64,000 nucleotides of DNA from NCBI GenBank assembly GCA_964252035.1, contig OZ176200.1; one strand, given 5' to 3'. The stretch comes from Podarcis erhardii. Lineage: Eukaryota. The position numbers and the translations under genes are program-made. Position 1 is the first letter of the stretch. Each line of letters begins with the position of its first letter. Below are positions 37,601 through 49,547 of the stretch, one piece after another. The notes beneath the pieces are model-generated. The model had not been told where the DNA came from. It ran no database searches and saw only the letters and a program-made list of their open reading frames with translations.

Positions 37601-40600
37601 GAGATGGCTATAATGTGCAAACGTCATACTTAAACAACGTTGCAACTCTGCAGATCTCGCAAACTGACATGAGTCTTGCCGGACAATATACTTGCACAGC
37701 TTCCAATGCTATTGGAACTGCTTCTTCGAGCGCCAAACTCATCCTTACAGGTTTGTCAAGTGTCAAATGTACTTTTCTTTGATGTCATCAATGGGATGTT
37801 TCCCCACATACGTGCCTATCCTAAATGATGAATATGCTGTGACTTGGGCCTCTTCCTGCAATTACCATGTGTTTCTTTCTTAACAACGTAACTCATCTGG
37901 ATTAACATGTGCAAAGTTACACCTTATTTTTACTTCTTCCAATCTTTAGAAGGGAAGACTCCTCCGTTCTTTGACATCCCAATTGCACCTGTTGACGCCG
38001 TTGCTGGTGATGGTGCTGACTTTGAATGCCACATTTCTGGAACACGCCCAATAAAGGTTACTTGGTCAAAGGATAACCGAGAATTGCGAACTGGAGGGAA
38101 CTACCAGATCAGCTATGTGGAAAATATAGCCCATTTGACAATTCTGAAAGTTGGCAAAGGGGATTCTGGAAAATATACATGTCATGCTAGCAACGAAGTT
38201 GGAAAGGACTCTTGCACAGCGCAACTTAATATTAAAGGTACTGGGTGCTTAATCTGTACCAGCTTCCATTATATCATATTGGCTTCTCTCTAAAGAACAG
38301 TGAGCAGATTTTCACATGTGGGAAGGGTTTTGTTTTTGTTTACTTCTCCCTGCATCTTCCAAAAAGTCACATTTGAATTTCAGAGGATGACCTGTAATAG
38401 TGTGTTATGCAGTGCAGGAGGTGGCTGTACCTGGCATTGGAATCGACAAACTCTGGAGACCCCTTGCATGAGTGCCTTCCACTTGTCTAGGAGGTCTCAG
38501 AGTTCAAGCTACAATGACAAAGTGATGCTTTGGAAAACATCACAACATCTGTATTTTGACAAGACATACTGGAGGAAACTGAAAATACGCATTTAAGAGT
38601 GTTCAGGTGGTAGCCCATGGCATGTGAGCAGATTTCCATTTGTCCATTGGGACTTCCCCTTCCTCTACTTCCCCATGCAGTCCCATGAATTCCCACAAAT
38701 ATGTTCTTGGGGGGCAGTCAATCCTCTGGAGCAGATTTGTGGGAGCACTTTTGGTCTTCGGTGGGAACCGAGAAGAATGGGAAGTCTCATCATGCAAGTG
38801 CAAGTTTGTTCTTCTGGATGTGAGCCACTGATGGTAAATGGGGAAATCTAGGAGAATAGAAGACAGTTGTTCGGAGGGTGACAAAGATTTTTCTTCTTTT
38901 CTGACAGAACGACAGACTCCACCTTCCTTCACCAAAAAGCTGTCAGAAACTGTAGAAGAGACAGAAGGGAACACATTTAAACTTGAGGGCCGTGTTTCTG
39001 GCTCCCAGCCTTTGACTGTTGCCTGGTACAAGAATAACCAGGAGATTTATGAAAGCCCTAATTGCGAAATATCATTCAAGAACAACACTCTTCTCCTTGA
39101 AATTAAGAAATCAGGACAAGCTGATGCAGGTTTATATACCTGCAAAGTGTCCAATGAGGCTGGGAGTGCACTCTGTACTTCTTCTGTGGTTATTAAAGGT
39201 CAGTTGACAGCCTCCATGGTATTTATTTTTCTTCTTAAGCCCATACGCTCTTGGTGTTTTCTGATGGTCTAATTGTGCTAGAATACTCATTAATTGCTAT
39301 TACTTTTCTACATTGGGTGATGAAATCCAGTCCCACATTATTTATTCATAGGACTTGCAGGAGTTAAACTGTAAGGCTAGGAAAATAGTAGGCAATTCTT
39401 CTGAAGCTGTTCATTACTTGACATTTCTCTTATTAAAAATATTCTGCTGTTTACTAAACTCTTTAATAATGCTGCTTTATGCATACTTGAAGAGGCAAAA
39501 ATAGTGATTGTTTGAAAAAGACATCTTCCAGATGTTTTTCTGTAAATGCTAAGCCTTCTGAAAAAGTTATATTATCTTTTCATCACTTTTTAAATAAATA
39601 ATTAGTTCTCATACTTATTGTTAACAGTGCATAAAAAATTCATCCATTAAAAAAATGTTTTGCAAATAAATCCATTAAGAACTGCTTCAAAAGTTAGAAA
39701 GTGTTTAATGCTTCCCAAAACTTGAAGATATAGCTGCATTTGTGAGAGTCTGATCAGATAAGCAATATATTGAGTGCCTGCTTTTTCTTACATGGAGCTG
39801 CTATCCATGTAAGGACTCTTTAAAATGCTTTCCCCCCTTAACAATATCACATTAAAGGCATCCAAGGTGAAGGATTGCAACCAATTGTGTAATATATTGT
39901 TCCAACCTTTCTGGCTTGTACATCTTTGGTAGCTTGGTGTGAAATCATCAAATTTTGGGCTGTTAACATAAAAGGCGATAATGCATATTTTGCAGGTAAT
40001 TCAATGCTTTCATATTCCTTTCTCTTTGCAAAATAACAGCTTTATGTGCTACCTTAACATATGCATACTTCACACCTCCATTCTTTTTGTACTACTTCTA
40101 CCGTATAAATACTGTACTGGGAAAATGGAATGGATTCATCAGCATCTGCTGCATAATCTTATTCAAACCCAGATCTGTATCTTGTTATGGAAGAGAAATT
40201 ATTACTTAACATCTTTTCTTCTCTTGCTTTCATTATTTTGTCCCTTCGAATGGCATTACAGAGCCCAAAAAACCACCAGTATTTGATCAACCTCTTAAAC
40301 CGGCAACAATAGAAGAAGGTAAAATCTTGCAGCTCAGTTGCCATGTCAAGGGATCGCAGCCCATCAGAATCCAGTGGCTAAAAGCTGGGAAAGAGCTAAG
40401 ATCATCTGATAAATGCAGCTTGAGCTTTGCTAATGGATCCGCTGTTTTGGAAGTCCAGGCAGTTACTAAGACTGATTCTGGCGAGTATATATGCAAAGCT
40501 TCGAATGCAGCTGGAACTGACTCTTGCAAGTCAAAAGTGACAATTAAAGGTACAGTGAAACTGAATGCTTAGGTGATGAAACAGTAACTCAAAATTCCGG

Positions 40601-43600
40601 TATCAGTCTATTCAGTATCTCCCTGTTACAGTAAATGGGAGCAGCTTCACCTATAAATTAGCAGGTCAAAACTGCTTATTTTTCCTGGGCACGTGACTGC
40701 ATATCACACTACGACTTGCATATTCACATGCATTATTTCATAGTATTGTCATCCAAAATGCATTTGCTTCAATACCCTGAGCTAGTTGTTCCTTGGTATC
40801 CTGTATTTTATACATGACTTGTGCGGGGGTATAAAATTAAATCAAACAAAAGGACCCCAATACATAAGCTGGGTAGTATTTTGTGCATTTAGTCAATGGT
40901 CTCATCTATGCCATGGGTTGTTGTTGTTGTTTGGTTTTAGTATAGTCCCTTTCTGCTCCACCACTTAATTCCCTCAATATTCTTTTTTCAGAAAAAGCAG
41001 CAGCTGCACCAGCAGCAGCTAAGAAAGCACCAACTGATGGCAAGCTTTACTTTGTCTCGGAGCCTCAAAGCATCACTGTCATCGAAAGTAAGCCAAGCTT
41101 TAAAAAAAATAGCCATCTTTCATAATACTTGAATTTGGCATATGTTGACTGCTGTTTCCCCCTGGCCAGGGACAGATATTTTCTTTACCACATTTCATTT
41201 CTTTTCTTCTTCATCAGAGAGCGTTGCAACATTTATTGCCAAAGTAGGTGGCGATCCCATCCCCAATGTTAAGTGGATGAAGGGAAAATGGAGGCAACTC
41301 AACCAAGGAGGTCGCATTAGCATCCAGCAAAGAGGAGATGAAGCCAAGCTGGAAATAAAGGATACAACAAAAACTGATTCTGGGCATTACAGATGTGTGG
41401 CTTTCAACCAACACGGTGAAATTGACAGCAACGTCAACCTACAGGTTGAGGAGAAGAAACAAGAAGTGATAGAAGGTGATCTTAGAGCAAAACTAAAGAA
41501 GTAAGTACCAGAATTGCTCTAAGTTTTAATCTGAAGGTGAGGCAGGATCTGAACCACAAATATAACTCAGGCTGCAACCCTAAACACTCTTAATAGCAGT
41601 CGTGTTCCACTGGACTTAGCAGGACTTATTTCTGACTAAACATGCCTCTTGAAGTCTATCAGACTATACCTGATCATGACACTCAAACTTCAGTCTGGTA
41701 AACATGTAGTAGATGTTATGCAGCCTTTTCAGCACTAGGGACTAACAGAATGTTGTATTAATTAAAGTCTGAAGCCACAATTTGATCCACTCTCTAATGC
41801 TGAGGACAACAGCCATGAGTTTTAGAAAATCAAACATTATGGTTTAGGTTGTGCTTAATCATGACTAACAAGTCCCACTGATTTCAGAGAGTCTACTCTA
41901 AGCATGATTCAATCCATATCCAATTGTATATGAATGAGATATCCCACAACGTGACAGCAGACCTACAGGGATATATCAGACATGCTGTTTTAAGGGCATG
42001 AATGAAAAGTTCTTTTTCCTGGTCAGAAAAATCATTAAGAGAAACTTGTCAAGAAGTAATTTATGATTCTCCGTGGCATGTTACATAAAGGAATGTAAAT
42101 TATCTGAAAAGTTAACTAAGTAAGTGCAAACCTATGCATTGTGCACACAGAGGTAAGCTTGGCTGAGTTTAAAAAGGATTCTAGATTCAGGTAGGTAGCC
42201 GTGTTGGTCTGACGCAGTCAAAATAAATTAAAAAATTAAAACATTGTCCAGTAGCACCTTAGAGACCAACTAAGTTTGTTCTGGGTATAAGCTTTCTTGT
42301 GCATGCACACTTCTTGAGATACACTGAAACAGAAGTCACCAGACCCTAATATATAGTGGGAGGGTGCAGTGGGGATTTTCTCAGAAGGGTAGTAGGAGAT
42401 GGGTGATTGACTCAATGGGTATGGTAAACCTGTTAACGACTGCAATTAGTCTTACAGGAAAAAGCAAGAGATAGTCTGCAGATGACCAAAAATAGCTTTA
42501 GCAATTTAGCAATTCAGAACATTGAAACATTCAACACAGAGAGCATATTTTATGAACAACACCAAAAATTCTGCCATTTCTATAGGACCCCAACTAAAAG
42601 GAAGGAAGATGAGGAAGAAAAGGCCATTGATATAATGGAACTTCTGAAAAATGTAGATCCTAAAGAATATGAAAAATATGCACGTATGTATGGAATTACC
42701 GATTTCCGAGGTCTCCTCCAAGCCTTTGAATTGCTGAAACAAAGCCAGGAAGAAGAAACTCATAGACTGGTAAATACCAGCATATACATTTGCTTCAGAG
42801 TAATTTTTTGAAATGTGTTGTGCTATTATTGCTTAAATAAGTGTGTTCAATATTCCAGATATGCAGTTAACCAATTACAGAGATTTATATTCTATTTTGG
42901 AACTTAGCTGTTGCTTCTGATGTCATGAAGGTTCACATTTGGGGATCGTTTATTCATGGCATCTTCACAGCAAACCCTACTCAGTGTTGTTCTCCAAAAG
43001 ATGTCAATCATACCTCATCACATGAGGTGTATAGACTAAGAGGCATTGTTTAGGGACAGTAGAGAAGAAAAGATGTGCTTCTGATAGTTTTTACTGGGTT
43101 CTCTTTGGGTAACCTTAAGCATTTTGGAAGGATTGGAGTTGAGCTGTCCTGCATGTAAAGGAAGTTAGATCTGCAATGAATATACAGAACTGCTTCATTT
43201 TCGTAAAGTTTTGGCAAAAGGGAATAGCTAAAAGCATGAAGGTTTTCTACCATTTTAAACCATGGTTTTTGTTCCAACAGGAGATTGAAGTAACACAGAG
43301 ATCTAGAAGGGAAGAACAAGAGTTTGATGAACTGGTATCATTTATTCAGCAAAGACTTACACAGACAGAGGTAGTTATTGCCATATATTACACAATTTAA
43401 TTATGTGTGCTGACAACTGTAGCTAATACATAGCATAGGCTGTGCTCTGAAACAGTCAAACATATGAAAAATGTTTTCCAGCCCATCACTCTGATCAGAG
43501 ATATTGAAGATCTGACTGTAGTAACAGATGAAGATGCCGTGTTTGAGTGTGAGATTAAAATTAACTATCCAGAAATCAAACTTTCCTGGTACAAAGGCAC

Positions 43601-46067
43601 AGAAAAACTGGACTCTAACAACAAGTATGAAATAAGAATTGAAGGTGACCGACACATACTTAAAATCAGGAATTGTCAACTTGGAGATCAAGGAAATTAC
43701 AGAGTGGTCTGTGGGCCACATATTGCCAGCGCTAAGCTTACTGTGATTGGTAAGTGCAAAATTTCTGTTTAACACAAACTTAAGCTTTGATTTTACTTGG
43801 CATTTTCTAAAATATGTACTTGAACTTGCTAACAGAACCAGCAATTGAACGGCATCTGCGCGACACTTCACTCAAGGAAGGCTTTACGTGCTCTTTCGTC
43901 TGCCAGTTTTCTGTTCCAAATGCAAAATCCCAGTGGTTCAGAAATGGAAAGGCTCTTAAGATAGGAGGTAGATATTCAGCTGAAGTCTCAGAGAAGATGC
44001 ACAGGCTCATTATTAAGGATGTGCGAACAGAAGACCAGGGGCGCTATACCTGCAGGTTTGACCATCTAGAAACAACTGCTGACCTAACCATTGAAGGTTT
44101 GTATATGCACATCTTTATGTAAGAATAAGTAAGTTTGGGGGTAATCTTGACAAATAAGACAGAAAAGACAATGCTGGGAAATCCTCTGTTTGAAGAAAAT
44201 TCTGCTATACTTCTTTCCTCACCGCCCAAGATATCAGTCATGCTGTCATTGTACACATTCTTATCTCAGCTTATTTCTCTTTGAACATTCGTATAGCTTG
44301 ACTTTACAATGGGAGGGGTTTTTCCACCCCATTTCATCTTTTGGCACTTTTATGCTGAGGTTTTTACAATGATCGCAGCCCTTTCCATTGTTACCTGGCT
44401 TCTCTTGCTTCTGACACAGCGCTGTGCCAACTATCTTAAGTTTCGGATCTACTTCCAGTATACGAACTCGCTGTCATGGAATGCCGAATGCTCAGTTCTT
44501 TGTATAACTTTCTTTGTTTTTTGGTGGAGTCGTGTATGTAGGCAAAGCTTCAAGTAAAGGAATAATGGTTACATTTTCAAAAAATTGTTTCCAAAAACAG
44601 CTGAACCCATCCAGTTTACAAAGACCATTCAGAACATAGTGGTGAGCGAATACCAATCTGCAACCTTTGAGTGCGAGGTATCCTTTGATGATGCAGTCGT
44701 CACATGGTATAAAGGCAAAGTTGAACTCAGGGAGAGTCAAAAGTACAGTTTCAGAAGTGAAGGCCGTTGCCATTATATGACTATCCACAACGTTACTGCA
44801 GATGATGAAGGTAATGTTACACTATTTGCTTCCTTCCCTTGCTGTCGTCCCCCGTCCGTCCCCCCCCCCCCCCCCCGTTGCTGACAAAAATGATGTCACA
44901 TAACAAATTGCCTTTGTGATTTCAGGGGTGTATTCTGTAATTGCTCGTCTGGAGCCAAGAGGTGAAGCAAGAAGCACTGCTGAACTTTATCTGACTACTA
45001 AAGGTTAGTAAATGCTTTCTTCAACTTAAAACAACAACAACACAGGACGTAAGATGGAAGGGTGGAAATGATGTCCGCGAAGTGGAAATAATTTGAAATG
45101 CAAATCTACTTTCTTCTTCTCTTGCAGAAATTAAACTGGAAGTGAAGCCCCCAGGTAAAGAAAAAAAGCATGGATGCATTTGTCTCAAGTTTTATTTTTG
45201 TATTTGAAACACCAGAGTGCCCACACATGATGAGGTTCTCTGCCTGTACACTTCCCCTTCCACCTGAAGCCCCTACCCCTCTGGGTTGGATGCCAGTGTG
45301 GAGCCTCCCCAGACTTTCAGCAATGGCCTCTGGATGTTTCTAGATGGGGGGTGGGGCTAAAAATCCCCTGGTACATGCACAAAAGCCTGCAGCCTTCATA
45401 CTAAAGTTAGTTTCAGTGAGCATAGGCTATTTGTTCTTGTGTGTTCCAAGTAGGACAATTAAAAGGTTGGAGCCAAACTTAATTGCTTGCAAATGAAAGC
45501 CACCCTTCTATCCTGAAAATACCTCATCCTTTCTTCCAATTTTGAAGGCCTCCTAACCCCCTGGAACAGATTTTAAGAGGGTGCAAGGGACTGCACAGGG
45601 AAGGCGGAATTGGCAAAAGTCATCCTCTTTCCTTCCGCCGGAGTTCTGCTCCCACTAGCAGGATGCTCCTGTCAGTGGGTGAAACATCTGGATCTAAGCC
45701 AAATGGAATATTTAGAATGGCTTTTTCATAAGGGCAAATGACTTAAGAGTCATCTTCTAACTGAACCAGGACAGTCCATTCCATTCCAGGACACACTATT
45801 CTTTTCCTCCTGGTTTTTAATTTCTTCCCCCCTCCAGAAAAGTCAGCAAGCGTGCTGTGGCCCCTTTTCATTCCTTATTGTGCTGTGCTTGGTTCCCGTG
45901 CTTTGGAAATAAGTTTTTGCACTTCTGCAAACTTCATGACAGATGGGAACCTTTGGCCCTCCAGAAGTTGCTCAACAAGCATGGCCAGTGGGAGTTGTTG
46001 TTCAGCAATATAAGGAGGGCCAAAGTTTCCCCATACCTGCCTTAAGAGATTTCCAAAGCTTTGGGTA

Positions 46068-46105
<38 letters not shown>

Positions 46106-49100
46106 TGTCACTTAAGCTGCATAAGGATCCACACTTCAAGAATGAGTTTCTTATTCGTATACGGGATGCAGCCAGATTAATCTGATGGTCCCTTTCCTTG
46201 CACATTTGGTTCTCCAGATATCCCAGATGCTAGAGTTGCAGTTCCTGTTGAAGTTCCAGCTGAAGGTAAGCCTTATATACAAAAGATTCCGCTGTTAAGG
46301 GTGGGAGAGCAGGTGGTTTAGAATTTGTGTGCCATATGAATGTTCATTGATTGAATTTTCCCTTGCGTTTATCAGAAACTCCTGCTCTTCCTCTCTTCCT
46401 TCTTATGCCAGAAGAGAAGAAAAAGGAAAAAGGTATTACAGTTCTGTTGCATACATGCTCAGAAATGCAGATCTTTACATGCACTTTCACTTGCTGCTGG
46501 GTTCATTTTGGGTGGCTAATGGCTTTATCTATTTTGTACTTGTTTTAGTCGTTAAAAAGACAACCGTGCAGAAAGTCACCAAAAAGGTGGTTCCAAAAGC
46601 TCCAGAAGAAGTTGCCCCTCCTAAAGGTACTATCATACTAGAAGTGTTGATTCAAATACTATAAAATTGATTTATAAGGAACATATGTTAACCAGTGTAG
46701 ATTAAGGCATAATCACAGCAAATGAAGGGGGGGGGACCATCTTCCTCTCATTCTAAAATCTTTAGGAGTTTTCACATGTTACTACAAATGCATAAGTTCA
46801 GGAACATCTTCTATATCTGCAAACATGTGTAGGCTCTCTTCATGCAATAGGGTCCAGTACTATTTGGTTATTAAGACACAGCTCCAGCTTATGTCACAGA
46901 GCAGCCATATGCATGTCTATTCAGCCAATGGGACTTATAGTCTACAATCTGCCCTCACTTATCTGGGAGTAAGAATTCAATAGGGCTTACACTGGAGTGA
47001 ACCTGGTTAGGACTGCGTTGTAAGGGCAGGATTCCACTCATGAGTCCTGTCAGTGGAAGACCTGCATGGGGACTTCCACTTGCACAATGGGGCTTCCCCT
47101 CTCCCTGTGTGCCCCCCTTCCCCATGAAACTGGTTCGGGGGGAGGGGGAATCAAGACAACCCTCAGAACAGCACACAGTGGGAAGAGAGGGGGGTCGTTC
47201 TGTCTGGCAAGTCAAAATGTTTCCACTGGTGGAACAGTTGTCCTAGCATGACATTGAATTCCTCCCTAGCTGTGGATGGCTTTAAAAGAGTATTAGGCAA
47301 ATTAATGGAGGGGAAGACTGCCAGTGGCTACTAGCCATGTGGAGAGCCAGCGTGGTGTAGTGGTTAAGAGTCTCGTAATCTGGGGAACTGGGTTCGCGTC
47401 TCCGCTCCTCCACATGCAGCTGCTGGGTAACCTTGGGCCAGTCACACTTCTCTGAAGTCTCTCAGCCCCACTCACCTCACAGAGTGTTTGTTGTGGGGGA
47501 GGAAGGGAAAGGAGAATATTAGCCACTTTGAGACTCCTTAAAGGGAGTGAAAGGTGGGATATCAAATCCAAACTCCTCCTCTTCTTCTTCTTCTTCTTCT
47601 TCTTCTTCTTCTTCTCTACTCCACTTCTACCACAGTTGGAGGAAGCAATGCTTCCGAAAACTAGTTGCTGGGAGCTACAAGAGAGTAGAATTGCTCTTGT
47701 GCTAATGTTCTGCTCCCTGGTTTCCCACAGGCATCTGGTTGGCCACTGTGAGAACAGGATTTTGGATTAGATGGGCCATTGGCCTGATTCAGGAGGCTAT
47801 TATTAGGTCTTGTGTGTGTGTGATTGCAGCCTCAGTTGGGTTGTCGCTGCTGAATTTGACAGAAGACTCAATTAGCAATATTTGTTCCCGAGATTTGTTT
47901 CTCTCCCATTTGTCTTTAAATGTTAACGAGAATGCCGTGCATCTTAACAATACAAACCGGAGATCTCAGTCCAGTTTCATCTGACTAATGTTAATGAGAC
48001 CAGATGAAATTAAATCCAAAGGTTAGCTCATGATGCTCAATCAAGCCGCTTAGCAGACATATCTGTAAATGTTTCAGAAGTGGCAAAGGAACCAGAACCC
48101 CCATCTTCAGCCCTAGTCCCAGTTCCAAAAGTACAGGAAATTATTCCAACAGAAGGTAAAGAATCAAATACTGAAATGCGCATACTAAGAAAATAATATT
48201 TTATGGGGAGAATGCCACCCACTCCCCATCTTTTATTGCTTGGGCCATTTAAAATGTGGCGCTGTCATTCTTCATTTTCCCTTCAGTCATCCTAACATCA
48301 TTATTCATGCAAAGGTCATCCCTTTACAGGATTTTCCAGATAATACTAATTTGAACTCTTTCTTCAACTACAGATAGGTAGCCGTGTTGGTCTGCCATGG
48401 TCAAAACAAAATAAAAAAATTCCTTCCAGTAGCACCTTAAAGACCAACTGAGTTAGTTCTAGGTATGAGCTTTCGTGTGCATGCACACTTCTTCAGACGT
48501 TTACTTCAGGAGCTTGCTGCAGATAAGCCGGAGGATTTAACTATCAGTTGACTAGAATACCCACTGAAATACTGATAGTTTATTAAAAGGACTTTGAAAA
48601 GACAGTAGGTAGAATTAAAGCAGGATAGCTTTTGATATAGTGGAGGTGTGTACTAGCACAAGAGATTAGGAGGCAGTTTTTTCATTAGTTTTTTCTCCTT
48701 GCAGCCCCCTTTGCCACCTGCCACACTGTTCCAGAGTGAAACCTCTTGAACTGATTTTCTGGGGACACAAGGGGCTGCAGCAGAAAATGGAGGAGAGGGT
48801 TCAGCAAAAAAAAATCTCCTCTCCTTCTCTTATATCAGTGGACACTTCCATGCAGAATTGTATTTCATAGGGTTGGAGGAGACATTCAATTTTGTTTCCG
48901 TTTTAATGACAAACTAACTAGTTCACACTTTTTGATCCAATAGCCAAACTGAAATGCAGCTCTCCTTTGAAATTCACACTCCTTCAAATTTTGTGATGTA
49001 GTTCTCCAAGCATAAATTTGTATACTAGGGGCAAGTGTGCATGAAAATGCATCAAATAGTCGAAACACTTCATTATATTAGGGGAAAATACTTGCAAAAA

Positions 49101-49502
49101 TATGTATATTAGTCAGAACTGCATGGGGAAATGTTGGTGGATTTGCATGAAGAATTTTTAAAATAAATAAATAAAATAAAGACAGAGAACTGATTTAAGA
49201 TTGGGAAAAACAAAAAGCTGAGAGAAACAGTCATTGACAGATTCATCTATCCCTAGATTTCACCCAGGAATTTCAAACTTTTCCACTGAGCAGAAAGCTT
49301 TCATTTAATTCATCTATCCATTTGTAAGCACTAATAAATCCATCTGCCTTAGGACAGCCATGCTGCTGTTGCTTTGAGAATGACATGGCATTGAAACTAC
49401 ACAACGAAAAACTTCATTTGTACAATTTCAAAGCACAATAACGCATGTATGGAATGATTATTCTGAAAACTGCAAATACCCATGTCAACCTTATTAGGCT
49501 TT

Positions 49503-49547
<45 letters not shown>

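Noticed and set aside
9544-38237. Regularly spaced similar units as a CRISPR array, an assembly artefact or a lineage-specific Ig expansion
   Set aside because: The units are spliceosomal exons with divergent sequences and unrelated introns. The count (I27-I79 in 52 exons) equals the known human organisation, so there is no gain or loss.
9544-40549. Multiple cysteines (B, F and G strands) in most Ig domains
   Set aside because: This is a known property of titin I-band Ig domains (cryptic disulfides), not new here.
42284-42326. Second hammerhead motif as an active ribozyme
   Set aside because: It is antisense to TTN, has the core substitution CUGAAGA>CUCAAGA, and has a broken helix II closing pair.
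47341-47410. tRNA-like sequences (also ~25190-25257, 50400-50468, 55464-55540)
   Set aside because: A/B boxes are present, but they continue into SINE bodies and tails with no acceptor stem; these are SINE heads, not tRNA genes.
48459-48500. Third hammerhead motif as an active ribozyme
   Set aside because: It is antisense to TTN, and the 5' strand of helix I is replaced (ACGT), leaving at most 2 bp.
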